From the IMG/VR virus record IMGVR_UViG_3300009441_000008, positions 5,005 through 69,004 of that record: a stretch of DNA of 64,000 bases. One strand, 5' to 3'. This document shows, one piece after another, positions 21,080 to 30,799 of this stretch. How positions within the stretch are numbered: the stretch's first letter is position 1; every line of letters begins with the position of its first letter. This DNA is from a virus. The position numbers were made by a program, and so were the translations under genes. Under the pieces are notes generated by a model. That model was not told where the DNA came from and did not search any database. It worked only from the letters and a program-made list of their open reading frames with translations.

Positions 21080-22020
21080 TGGCAAGTCAAATACAATCAA
21101 TATCTGATAAATTTAGGGAAGACGCATTGGCAAGGAATGAGTATAAAAGTCTTAAATCCTATAACACAACACACCCCAACGCACTATCTGATGGTGATGA
21201 ATCGGGGAAAGGTGATAATAATGGAAAAATAGGTAGTAGTGTTGATATCCAAAGTAGGTTAGATGTTTTAGGTAGAAACACATATACAGAAACAAATGGA
21301 TACGGTACATCTCATGAAAACGCACTGTCTGATGGTGACGAATTAGGTCGGGGTGAAAACAACGGTAAAATTGGTACAAAATCAGACAATATCCAAAGAC
21401 AAGAAAACGTTAAAAGAAACTCTTATAATATCGATAATGGTTATAGTGTTGGTCATCCCAACGCAATATCCGATGGTGATGAATTAGGTAAGGGTGAGAA
21501 TAGTGGTAAAATCGGTGGTTTGAGTGATATTAACACCCGAACAGACAATACAGGTAGAAACACATATACTGAGGCGAATGGATACGGTACTTCTCATGAA
21601 AACGCATTATCTGATGGTGATGAACTGGGTAAAGGAGAAAATAACGGAAATGTTGGTGGTTTAACAGATATTAATACTCGAACAGATTTAACCAATAGAA
21701 ATACATATAACGACTCAAACGGATATAGTTTGGTACATCAAAATGCATTATCGGATGGTGATGAATTAGGTAAAGGAGAAAATACAGGAAATGTGGGTGG
21801 TTTAACAGATATCAACACAAGAATAGATAACACAGGAAGAAACGCTTACAACGAAAGTAATGGATATGATTCCACACACCAAAACGCATTGTCTGATGGT
21901 GATGAGTTAGGTAAAGGTGAAAATAACGGTAAAATAGGTAGTTTAACGGATATCAACACTCGAGTTGACGGTGTTAATAGAAATTTCTTTTCTGAAACTA
22001 AAACATACCCCGATTTTTAA
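21079..22020 (+). CDS. 47-aa tandem repeat protein (6 copies)
   Basis: Six H.NA(L/I)SDGDE(L/S)G(K/R)G(E/D)N units at 141-nt spacing. Confidence 0.85.
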   Translation: MASQIQSISDKFREDALARNEYKSLKSYNTTHPNALSDGDESGKGDNNGKIGSSVDIQSRLDVLGRNTYTETNGYGTSHENALSDGDELGRGENNGKIGTKSDNIQRQENVKRNSYNIDNGYSVGHPNAISDGDELGKGENSGKIGGLSDINTRTDNTGRNTYTEANGYGTSHENALSDGDELGKGENNGNVGGLTDINTRTDLTNRNTYNDSNGYSLVHQNALSDGDELGKGENTGNVGGLTDINTRIDNTGRNAYNESNGYDSTHQNALSDGDELGKGENNGKIGSLTDINTRVDGVNRNFFSETKTYPDF

Positions 22021-22766
22021 TGAAATTATTTAAAGACATATACAAATTCTTACTTGGGGAACAAGTTGCAACAAACAAAGATGGTGTACCTAAGTACTTA
22101 AACAACTCATCATCAAGACCGGGTTCTATTGCTAATGCAGTTAAAAAAAGAAACCCAGTGTCATTTTTTTATAACGGACCAAGAAATACGGTTCAAGCGG
22201 GTAAAAGAGTAAAGGCTGAGTTAGTCGCACTTGGTTTATCCAAAAAAGGGAATATGGTTGTAAGAGCGTGGGTTGACCAACCATCAAAATCAAAAACAGG
22301 TTTTCAAAAAGGTAATTGGAGAACCTTTATGGTTGGACGAATGAATCAAGTAGAAATATACGATGAAGAGACCTTCGACCAAAAAAGAGAAGGTTACAAA
22401 GAAGGTGATGATAAATCAATGTCTGTAACTTACGTTACTTCAGATTGGTCATCTACACCTGAACCACAAACTCAAGAACCTGTACAAAGAGAACCACAAA
22501 CTCAAGAACCTGAAGTGGAACCAACACAAAGAGAACCACAAACTCAAGAACCTGAAGTGGAACCAATACAAGGGGAACCTGAAGTGGAACCAATACAACA
22601 AAGAACATCTACGGATCTACCAGAACCAGAACCTGATAACACACCAAGTATTGAACCTCCAATTGTTGACGATAATGATGACGATGAGGATCAAGAAGAT
22701 AATAATTACGATAATTTGAATGAAAGTATTAATAGAATTAAGGAATTACTTTATAATTCAAAATAA
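22020..22766 (+). CDS. Stand-alone WYL-domain protein with acidic Pro/Glu linker
   Basis: A.KKR.PVSF.Y...G.R.....ALG....VRAW...WRTF.VGRM..VEI; no HTH. Confidence 0.7.
   Translation: MKLFKDIYKFLLGEQVATNKDGVPKYLNNSSSRPGSIANAVKKRNPVSFFYNGPRNTVQAGKRVKAELVALGLSKKGNMVVRAWVDQPSKSKTGFQKGNWRTFMVGRMNQVEIYDEETFDQKREGYKEGDDKSMSVTYVTSDWSSTPEPQTQEPVQREPQTQEPEVEPTQREPQTQEPEVEPIQGEPEVEPIQQRTSTDLPEPEPDNTPSIEPPIVDDNDDDEDQEDNNYDNLNESINRIKELLYNSK
22461..22600 (+). repeat. Imperfect in-frame tandem repeat (unit up to 42 nt) encoding REPQTQEPEVEPxQ
   Basis: gaaccacaaactcaagaacctg x3 and gaacctgaagtggaaccaa x3. Confidence 0.9.
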
Positions 22767-22796
22767 TATACTTATATTCTATATAAAATAGAACAC

Positions 22797-23435
22797 ATGG
22801 CAGAACCAGCAAGAATTAACGAGAATGACTTAATGAGAAAATTGGTCGGTGCAAAAAAAGTAATGAATAAAGTTGATGGTAATAGTTTCACAACAGGTAA
22901 TATTGACCCAAAGAGTTACTTATCATCACCTGAAGACCTCATGAAAGATACTACACCACAACAAACGAACTCATCTCAAACGAGCGCACCTCGTACAAAT
23001 TCAACACCCGTTAACACTGACAAGATCAGAAACTCTAAACTACCAAAGGCAATACAAGAAGCAATGATCAATAACCCAATACCACAAGCGGATGCAATTA
23101 GTTTAGATTCGACGTTAAACATGTCATTCCTTGATGGTGCAAAGAAACTAATGGAAAAAGAAGGTTTAACTAAATCAACTCAACTTGCACAACCACAACA
23201 ACCAACGGTTCAAAATCATGTTACAACTCAAACATCTACCCCACCAACATACAATGGTGATATTGCTTCAATCATAAGAGAAACAATCAAAGACACTTTA
23301 GAAGAAATTGTAGATAGAAAATTAGACCTACTTTTAAATGCGTCTAAAACGGCGTCAATTAACGAGAATCTCGTACTAAAAGTCGGGGATTCCATCTTCA
23401 GAGGTAAAATTACAGGAGTAAATAAAACCAAGTAA
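22797..23435 (+). CDS. Hypothetical protein
   Basis: 212-aa ORF; SKLPKAIQEAMINNPI motif. Confidence 0.6.
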   Translation: MAEPARINENDLMRKLVGAKKVMNKVDGNSFTTGNIDPKSYLSSPEDLMKDTTPQQTNSSQTSAPRTNSTPVNTDKIRNSKLPKAIQEAMINNPIPQADAISLDSTLNMSFLDGAKKLMEKEGLTKSTQLAQPQQPTVQNHVTTQTSTPPTYNGDIASIIRETIKDTLEEIVDRKLDLLLNASKTASINENLVLKVGDSIFRGKITGVNKTK

Positions 23436-23489
23436 AGGATTGATTTCCTAAGTTTTTTTCTTTATCTTTTGATATATAACTATTAATAT

Positions 23490-24719
23490 ATGTCAAAGAT
23501 TAGGATATTAGCTATCCCCTCAGATAATCACGGGGTTGGTAAATTTAGAATGTTGGATCCATTTACGTACATTGGAGATAAGTTTTCATCAGACGTGCAC
23601 GTGGATATTGTTTTCAACGTACCTAACGAGGACAATTACTTTTCAAACTACGACATTGTCGTATTTCACTCATTTATACATAAAACAAGTCACGAAGAAA
23701 ACGTGAAAAGGATTAAGTGGTTAAAGTTAAACGGAATCAAAGTCATTGCAGATACTGATGATTTTTGGAAAACAGACCATAGACACCCCAACCACGAAAC
23801 TTTCAAGAAAAATCAATTAGCTCGTAAGAGATCTGAACTATTGAGACTTGCTGATTATATAACAACAACAACACCTGTTTATAGAGATACTATAAAAAAA
23901 TTATTAGGTGTGGATAATGTTATGGTATTCCCCAACGCAGTTAACGAAGAAGATAAACAATTCCAACCAAAACCACTTGAATCTGATATGGTTCGTTTTG
24001 GATGGTTAGGTGGTTCATCACACGAACATGATTTATCATTAATGGGTGATGGGATCTCGAGAGTTCATAGGGAATTTAAGGGTAAGGCACAATTTGTTCT
24101 ATGTGGGTTTGATTTGAGAGGAACAATGAGAGAGTTAAATCGACACACTGGTGAGACTACTGAACGACCAATACGTCCTGACGAAACTGCATGGTCGAGA
24201 TATGAGAGTTTATTTACGGGTAATGACACTTCGTTGTCACCCGAATATAACGCATACCTTAAAACCTACACTAAGGGATCTTTTGAAGGTGAATTAGACC
24301 AACCATATGTTAGAAGATGGACAATGGATATAAACAAGTACGCAAATAACTACAATTACTTTGATGTTTCACTTGCACCCCTTGTTAAATCAGACTTTAA
24401 TGTTAATAAATCACAACTAAAGGTTATTGAGGCGGGATTTCATAAGAAAGCAATCATTGCATCCGAAGAAAATCCGTACCTTATAGACCTAATCTCGTCA
24501 ATTGAGAAAGGTGGTGGAATTAACCCAAAAGGTAATTCTCTATTAGTGTCATCAAATAAAAATCACAAACAATGGCATCAACAGATGAAAAGGTTAATCA
24601 ACAACCCTAACATGGTTACAGATTTAGGTGAAAAATTATACGAAACAGTGAAAGACAAATATTCCCTCTCCACCGTTTCTAAAAATAGAGTGGAATTTTT
24701 TAAATCAATTATTAATTAA
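23490..24719 (+). CDS. GT-B glycosyltransferase (GT4-like)
   Basis: DTDDFW, FPNAV, GWLGGSSH.HDL, DVSLAPL...FN..KS.LKVIEAG. Confidence 0.85.
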   Translation: MSKIRILAIPSDNHGVGKFRMLDPFTYIGDKFSSDVHVDIVFNVPNEDNYFSNYDIVVFHSFIHKTSHEENVKRIKWLKLNGIKVIADTDDFWKTDHRHPNHETFKKNQLARKRSELLRLADYITTTTPVYRDTIKKLLGVDNVMVFPNAVNEEDKQFQPKPLESDMVRFGWLGGSSHEHDLSLMGDGISRVHREFKGKAQFVLCGFDLRGTMRELNRHTGETTERPIRPDETAWSRYESLFTGNDTSLSPEYNAYLKTYTKGSFEGELDQPYVRRWTMDINKYANNYNYFDVSLAPLVKSDFNVNKSQLKVIEAGFHKKAIIASEENPYLIDLISSIEKGGGINPKGNSLLVSSNKNHKQWHQQMKRLINNPNMVTDLGEKLYETVKDKYSLSTVSKNRVEFFKSIIN

Positions 24720-24732
24720 AAACAGATAAATT

Positions 24733-24966
24733 ATGCATTATTTAGCAACAGTAGGTTACGAAATGGAACAATTAGACCGTGAAGGTAACCCAAGAATTAC
24801 AAAGGTTAAGTACGTCGTAGAAGCGGACTCAATAGAAGAAGCAACTATTGTATTAACAAAGTATCGTTCCGAAGATACAAGATCAAGTCAGAGTGTGGCA
24901 ATTGCAAAGATGGCAATTGAATGTATTCTAACTTCAGAACTTACACCACAATACTATAAAGGATAA
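24733..24966 (+). CDS. DUF4494-like small protein
   Basis: V.YE.....G.....K.KYVVEA.S..EA resembles the Bacteroidota DUF4494 N-terminus. Confidence 0.5.
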   Translation: MHYLATVGYEMEQLDREGNPRITKVKYVVEADSIEEATIVLTKYRSEDTRSSQSVAIAKMAIECILTSELTPQYYKG

Positions 24967-24969
24967 ATT

Positions 24970-25530
24970 ATGATATCTAAAGAACAGATTGAAAAAAACA
25001 AATCGAAACTTATTGAGACTTCTGAAAAGTATGGTGTTTTAAGTACACCACTTTTAGAGTTTTTAGGTGAAGATTTATTCGTAGCACCCGCATCTACTTC
25101 GTTAGATATGTATGGTGCTTACCCAGGTGGTTTATTGGAACACATTTTTGTGGCATCCAAATACGCCGTTAAAATCAACAGTATATTACCTGAGTCGTTA
25201 CAACAAGACATTTCAAGTCTTCTTAAGTGTACCATTCTTTCACAAATTGGTAAGGTATTTTTATTCAAACCAAATGAGAGTGAGTGGCACAGAAATAAAC
25301 TCGGTAAAATGTATGAGTTTTCTGATGATTTAGTATCAATGAAAGTCGGTGAAAGATCAGCATATTATTGTTCAAAGTACGGAGTGTCTTTAAGTGAAGA
25401 GGAATATCAAACAATTGTAAACTCAGACAAAGGAGATAATGACTTACAATCAAAATATCATTCCACACCATTAGCTCAAATTGTTAAACAAGGGTTTGAG
25501 TTGGCAATATTTGAACAAAAAAATGGATAA
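24970..25530 (+). CDS. HD-fold protein with degenerate metal site
   Basis: APAS...GAYPGGLLEH present; LLHDIGK replaced by ILSQIGK. Confidence 0.65.
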   Translation: MISKEQIEKNKSKLIETSEKYGVLSTPLLEFLGEDLFVAPASTSLDMYGAYPGGLLEHIFVASKYAVKINSILPESLQQDISSLLKCTILSQIGKVFLFKPNESEWHRNKLGKMYEFSDDLVSMKVGERSAYYCSKYGVSLSEEEYQTIVNSDKGDNDLQSKYHSTPLAQIVKQGFELAIFEQKNG

Positions 25531-26197
25531 GAAGAGCTTAGAGGAATACCTCAAAAAATTAGAAGGGTTTGAAAAAACACTGAGTCATGATGAAGAAAAT
25601 GTAGACGACGCATATATTAATGAAATTGCGAAAGTACTATCTGACTTATCAATGGACTCATTATCACACGATGAAGAAATCGGTAAAGAATTTAAAAACA
25701 GTGGTTTTACAGTCCCAAATAAGGACACAATCACTTTTAATCCCGAGGATGAATTCATGCACGCAACATTAAGGTGTAAGATTAAGTTAACACACCCCGA
25801 CGCTGTTGTACCACAGTATAGTAAAACAGGTGACGCTGGTCTTGATTTACAAGCAACCACAATGGTTATTGATAAAGAAAAAAACCAAATTACATATGGA
25901 ACAGGAGTGTCGTTAGAGATACCTTTAGGTTTCGTAGGATTAGTTTATCCCCGTTCTTCAATACGTAAAACAAAATTATCCCTAACAAATTCTGTTGGGG
26001 TTATTGATAGTGGGTATAGAGGTGAAATAATGGCAACCTTTAACTACTCAAATTCGGAATCCGATGAAACATATTCAGTAGGTGATAGAATTTGTCAATT
26101 AATGATAGTACCCTACCCCAAGATTGATTTCATTTTAAGTGATAACCTATCAGAAACTGAAAGAGGTGATGGTGGTTTTGGGTCAACAGGAAAATAA
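25523..26197 (+). CDS. dut: Trimeric dUTPase with acidic N-terminal extension
   Basis: AGLDL, PRSS, GVIDSGYRGE, GDRICQL, RGDGGFGSTG. Confidence 0.95.
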   Translation: MDKKSLEEYLKKLEGFEKTLSHDEENVDDAYINEIAKVLSDLSMDSLSHDEEIGKEFKNSGFTVPNKDTITFNPEDEFMHATLRCKIKLTHPDAVVPQYSKTGDAGLDLQATTMVIDKEKNQITYGTGVSLEIPLGFVGLVYPRSSIRKTKLSLTNSVGVIDSGYRGEIMATFNYSNSESDETYSVGDRICQLMIVPYPKIDFILSDNLSETERGDGGFGSTGK

Positions 26198-26222
26198 AGA
26201 ATAAGATTAATTAAAATTATTA

Positions 26223-26918
26223 ATGACGAAAAGAAATACAACAGTTAAGAAATCACACAAAGATCGGATTAGAGAAATCTTTAAGAAACCCCGAGAAAAA
26301 TTTCTTAATGACTCCCAAAAGGATTATTGGGATATTCTCGGTAATAACGAAATAACTCTTTGTTTTGGACCCGCAGGTGTAGGTAAATCGTTTATCGCAA
26401 TGAAAAGAGCGGTCGACTTACTATGGCAAGAAGATAACAAGTATGAAAAAATTCTTATCGTTAGACCAGCTGTTGAAGCTGAAGAAAAGTTAGGTTCGTT
26501 ACCTGGTGGACTTGAAGAAAAACTTGATCCGTATATTTTTCCATCGTATTACCTTTTAAATAAAATTATAGGTAAGGAACAACGAGAGAAATTAAAAGAT
26601 GAGGGTTATATTGAGGTTGCGGCACTTGCATATATGAGAGGTTGGAACGTAGATAATACTATACTTGTTTTTGAGGAAGCTCAAAATGCATCACCAGCAC
26701 AAATTAAATTACTTCTGACTCGTATCGGGTATAATTCAAAATTCTTCCTTTCGGGGGATTTAGATCAATCGGATAAATTTAGAGATAAAACTAAGAGTGG
26801 TTTATACGACGCAAAAAAGAGATTAACTGATTTGAATAATGTTGGTGTGTTCGAGTTCTCAAATAAAGATATTGTAAGGAATCCTATTATTGGTAAAATC
26901 CTAAAGAGGTACGAATAA
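26223..26918 (+). CDS. phoH: PhoH-family ATPase
   Basis: GPAGVGKS, RPAVE, LPG, YMRG, EEAQN, GDLDQSD, DIVRNP. Confidence 0.95.
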   Translation: MTKRNTTVKKSHKDRIREIFKKPREKFLNDSQKDYWDILGNNEITLCFGPAGVGKSFIAMKRAVDLLWQEDNKYEKILIVRPAVEAEEKLGSLPGGLEEKLDPYIFPSYYLLNKIIGKEQREKLKDEGYIEVAALAYMRGWNVDNTILVFEEAQNASPAQIKLLLTRIGYNSKFFLSGDLDQSDKFRDKTKSGLYDAKKRLTDLNNVGVFEFSNKDIVRNPIIGKILKRYE

Positions 26919-26958
26919 TAGACTTTACTTATAACATCAATATTATTATATTTAGTAT

Positions 26959-27609
26959 ATGGAAATTTACATTAGTATAGACGGAGTCTTACGTAACACA
27001 ATTGCAAAGTTTGATTATCATTATAAAGATCATTATTTAGATTCTGATCCTGAGGATTTACCTGAGGATGAAAAGGGGTATAAATATGACATAATTGAAC
27101 CTGTAAGAAATAATCATTTAATGGAGAGTTATAATTTCCAATCTAAAGACGAATTTGAAAACTTTACGTTTATTGACTACGCAGTTGAAATATTTGGTCA
27201 CGCAACTCCTTCATATGCAAAAACGTTCTTTGATTTAAATAATTTTATTTATACCAATAAAGAACATAACATAACAATCGTGGGATTGGATGAATTAGGT
27301 AAATCAAAAGCGTCTACTTTGTTCTTTCTATCGAGAAACGGATTTATGGGAAATAACATAAAATTCACTATGTCATCTGAGATATCGAATTTATGGAAAA
27401 AGTGTGACATATGGATAACAGATAACCATTCAGTGGTTGAACAATGTCCTAAGTCAAAAAAGGTTGTTAAGTTCAATACTGAGTACAATCAACACTTTAC
27501 AAATCCCTTAGAAATACATAACTTAACAGAAATAGATAACAAATGGTTGAAATATTCGGAGAACTTTATTATATCGACTTGGACAAAGTTACTGAGACGA
27601 GTGAGTTAG
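26959..27609 (+). CDS. HAD/5'(3')-nucleotidase-like protein with degenerate motif I
   Basis: ISIDGVL in place of DxDGVL; DIWITD; YN. Confidence 0.6.
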   Translation: MEIYISIDGVLRNTIAKFDYHYKDHYLDSDPEDLPEDEKGYKYDIIEPVRNNHLMESYNFQSKDEFENFTFIDYAVEIFGHATPSYAKTFFDLNNFIYTNKEHNITIVGLDELGKSKASTLFFLSRNGFMGNNIKFTMSSEISNLWKKCDIWITDNHSVVEQCPKSKKVVKFNTEYNQHFTNPLEIHNLTEIDNKWLKYSENFIISTWTKLLRRVS

Positions 27610-27845
27610 AGGTTGAGACTGTTGAACCCAAAGAGGGGGAAGAGGATTCAATACCAAGACATGATCAGACAATAAATGTTTTTAAGTACGACATTGTAAA
27701 ACAATGTATAGATACTTTATTAACTGAAGGTGGTGGAGGTGATGATATGATGGGTTTACTCGCATCGGATATATCAATACCATTTAAATTTGCATTTAAC
27801 ACCCTAATAAACTACGGAATTTTAGTAAAAAACGAAAATGAGTAA
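27543..27845 (+). CDS. Hypothetical protein
   Basis: 100-aa ORF within the operon. Confidence 0.55.
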   Translation: MVEIFGELYYIDLDKVTETSELEVETVEPKEGEEDSIPRHDQTINVFKYDIVKQCIDTLLTEGGGGDDMMGLLASDISIPFKFAFNTLINYGILVKNENE

Positions 27846-28908
27846 TCAAATACAAGAAAATATTGAAAAATTAGAAAGTGCTTTCAATAGATTGGAAAAT
27901 AACCAATACAAAATTTACTTTCTTACTTACGACACAAAGAATAATGCAAGAGCGGCAGTTAAGTATATTTACGACACAGTACTAACCTTGAGAGAGGAAG
28001 GTCTTGATGCACATATCTTAGTCGAAGACAAGGCTTACATTGGTGTTGAATCATGGATGGGAGATAAATATAAAGATCTACCGATCGTTACAATAAAGGA
28101 AGATCAAATTGAAATGGGTATTGACGATGTAATTGTTGTACCTGAATATTATTCCAATGTTTTAGAACAGTTGAAAGATGTAAAATGTACTAAAGTGATG
28201 TTAGTTCAACAGACTGAGTATATTTTTGAAACTTTACAGGTTGGTAGTAGATGGAGTGACTATGGTTTTGACAAAGTAATTACAACAACTAAATCATCTA
28301 AACAATATATACAGACAGTATTTCCAGAATCTATCATTTATATTAATCCACCAAAAATTAGTGACATATTTAAACCAACTGAATCGTTGACTAAACCATT
28401 CATTGCAATTAGTGCAAGGGATAGAGGACAACACCGAAGAGTTATTTCTGAATTTTATCTAAGATACCCACAATTAAGATGGGTTACATTTAAAGACATG
28501 GTTCAAATGTCTCACGAGGAATTTGCAAAACAACTACAAGAGTGTATTTGTTCTGTGTGGTTAGACGATGATTCAACCTTTGGGACTTTTCCACTTGAAT
28601 CTATGAAATGTCAAGTACCTGTAATTGGTAAGATCCCAACCACCGAACCTGAATGGTTAAGTGAGAATGGTCTATGGACGTATGATTTAAACAAGATTGT
28701 TGAACTACTTGGAACCTATGTTTTGGCATGGTTAGAAGGTGTAACAATCAATGATGAAGTTAAGTCTAAAATGTCTGAAACATTAATCCCATATAGTGCG
28801 GATATAATCGATAGTAACGTAATTTCTATATTTAATTCACTAAAGAACTCAAGAATTAAAACAATTGAAAAAGGGTTAACTAATTTAAAATCAAAAATAG
28901 AAGCATAA
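27838..28908 (+). CDS. GT-B glycosyltransferase-like protein
   Basis: DDVIVVPE; FGTFPLESMKCQVPVIG (GT4-like donor-binding motif). Confidence 0.75.
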   Translation: MSNQIQENIEKLESAFNRLENNQYKIYFLTYDTKNNARAAVKYIYDTVLTLREEGLDAHILVEDKAYIGVESWMGDKYKDLPIVTIKEDQIEMGIDDVIVVPEYYSNVLEQLKDVKCTKVMLVQQTEYIFETLQVGSRWSDYGFDKVITTTKSSKQYIQTVFPESIIYINPPKISDIFKPTESLTKPFIAISARDRGQHRRVISEFYLRYPQLRWVTFKDMVQMSHEEFAKQLQECICSVWLDDDSTFGTFPLESMKCQVPVIGKIPTTEPEWLSENGLWTYDLNKIVELLGTYVLAWLEGVTINDEVKSKMSETLIPYSADIIDSNVISIFNSLKNSRIKTIEKGLTNLKSKIEA

Positions 28909-29696
28909 TGAAGAATATTACAGTAATACTACCCGTACACAAATTAGACGATTTATATCACGAAATGTTATCTAAAGCAGTTGAGTCTGTTGAACAGTTT
29001 TTTGATGATGTCAAATTAGTAATTGTAGCACCTAAAGATGTGGTTGGAAATATCACATCAAAAGGTTTATCAGACAAATTAGATATAAACATAGTAACAA
29101 ATAGTGGTGACACAGGATTCTGTTCTCAAGTAAATCTTGGGATTGAAAATTGTGATACCGAATGGTTTTCAATCTTAGAGATTGATGACGAATTAACTGG
29201 TAATTGGTTAAGACCGTTTTTACAATATAAAGAGGTACACTCAGATGTTGATGTGTTCCTACCAATTGTGAAGGATGTTGATACTGAAGGTAAGTTATTA
29301 AATTTAACAAATGAGTCCGTATGGGCTTATGGGTTTACAGAGACACAAGGTGTGTTAGAGAATGAAGTTCTTTTGGATTATCAGAACTACCAAACGAGTG
29401 GTGGTTTTTATAAAACAGAAGTTATAAAAGAAAATGGACAGTTTAAGGACAATATTAAACTAACCTTCAGTTACGAGTTTCTTTTAAGATTAACACATAA
29501 CGGAGTCAAGATTATGTCAATCCCACAGATAGGGTACAGACATGTCAACTTCAGAGAGGATTCACTATTTTGGTCATATAAAAATGATGAGAAAAGTAAG
29601 TTAGCAACCAACGAAGCAACATTTTGGTTAGATACCGCTAAAAAAGAATTCTTCTTTAAAAATAAACGAGATGTAGCTTACGTTGAAAATAACTAA
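28908..29696 (+). CDS. GT-A glycosyltransferase (GT2-like)
   Basis: ITVILPVH, NLGI, ILEIDDE, YEFLLRL. Confidence 0.8.
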   Translation: MKNITVILPVHKLDDLYHEMLSKAVESVEQFFDDVKLVIVAPKDVVGNITSKGLSDKLDINIVTNSGDTGFCSQVNLGIENCDTEWFSILEIDDELTGNWLRPFLQYKEVHSDVDVFLPIVKDVDTEGKLLNLTNESVWAYGFTETQGVLENEVLLDYQNYQTSGGFYKTEVIKENGQFKDNIKLTFSYEFLLRLTHNGVKIMSIPQIGYRHVNFREDSLFWSYKNDEKSKLATNEATFWLDTAKKEFFFKNKRDVAYVENN

Positions 29697-30397
29697 TGCC
29701 AAGAAAAAGAACCCAAAAAATGTACTTTGGGGAGGACCAAGAAAAAGCGGTAGTACGATACTTAGAATCCGAAGACGATGATGAAAAAAATAAGATATTC
29801 AACGAATATTTAAGAGAACCTCTCAAAATAATGGTGGAAAGTATAATCCGTCGTTACAAACTTTATAGAAAAGATATGGAATTTGAAGAAATCCATACCG
29901 ATACAATGTCATTTTTAATCACTAAGATTAATAAATTTGACACAACTAAAGACTATAAGGCATATTCCTATTTTGGAACCATCTGTAAGAACTACTTGAT
30001 GGGTGCAATACAAAAGGACCATAAAGAACAAAACCGTTCTGTTTCTTATGAAGATATTTCTTCAAGATTAGAAGACCGTGCGGATTTATCTTATATAATT
30101 GATGAGGACATTATTGATTATAAAAAAGTCGTTATTAAACTAACAACCGACCTTGAAGAGTTTGTTGAAAAAGAGGAACTTAACGACAACGAAAGAAAGT
30201 TAGGTTACGCCCTTATTGAAGTGTTCTCAAATTTCGAACAAGTGTTTCAAGTTGGAGAAGGTAATAAGTTTAATAAGAACTTAATTCTTTTAGCACTAAG
30301 AGAAATGACATCATTAAGTACTAAAGAGATAAGAGTTGCTATGAAAAAGTATAAAAAACTCTACGAAGTACTGAAGATCGGTTTCATAAATAATTAG
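29696..30397 (+). CDS. Phage sigma-like late transcription factor (gp55-like)
   Basis: Region-2-like KINKFD...KAYSYFGTICKNYL. Confidence 0.65.
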   Translation: MPRKRTQKMYFGEDQEKAVVRYLESEDDDEKNKIFNEYLREPLKIMVESIIRRYKLYRKDMEFEEIHTDTMSFLITKINKFDTTKDYKAYSYFGTICKNYLMGAIQKDHKEQNRSVSYEDISSRLEDRADLSYIIDEDIIDYKKVVIKLTTDLEEFVEKEELNDNERKLGYALIEVFSNFEQVFQVGEGNKFNKNLILLALREMTSLSTKEIRVAMKKYKKLYEVLKIGFINN

Positions 30398-30415
30398 AAA
30401 CAACTATTTATTGGT

Positions 30416-30799
30416 ATGAGAAGAAGTAAAAATTTATTGTCTTTAGACACCGATTCCGCACTTGCATTGATGCAGGAAATTTACAATGACATTGTAGAAC
30501 AAAAACAAACCGCAAGTTTAATAACTAAAAAGATGTTGAGTTTTATGAAAGAGGCTGAGGACATGAGTGTTCTTGGACCCGTTATTAAAGAACAACAAAA
30601 GATTTTAAACGACTGTACTGAGAAGAAAATTTCTTTAGTGAAATTACAAAGTACACTGTTAAAACAATCAGGAGGATCGAATCCTGCGTCAGGTGGGGGT
30701 GGTAAATTAGACCTAACCGACGACGATAGAAAACTACTCGAAAAACTAATGAAAGAAGATGATGAACCAAGTGGTGAATCACAAAAATATCAGATGTAA
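30416..30799 (+). CDS. Hypothetical coiled-coil protein
   Basis: ORF directly after a late motif. Confidence 0.55.
   Translation: MRRSKNLLSLDTDSALALMQEIYNDIVEQKQTASLITKKMLSFMKEAEDMSVLGPVIKEQQKILNDCTEKKISLVKLQSTLLKQSGGSNPASGGGGKLDLTDDDRKLLEKLMKEDDEPSGESQKYQM

Noticed and set aside
21150-22600. Periodic repeats as a CRISPR array
   Set aside because: In-frame coding repeats without unique spacers; no cas genes in the window
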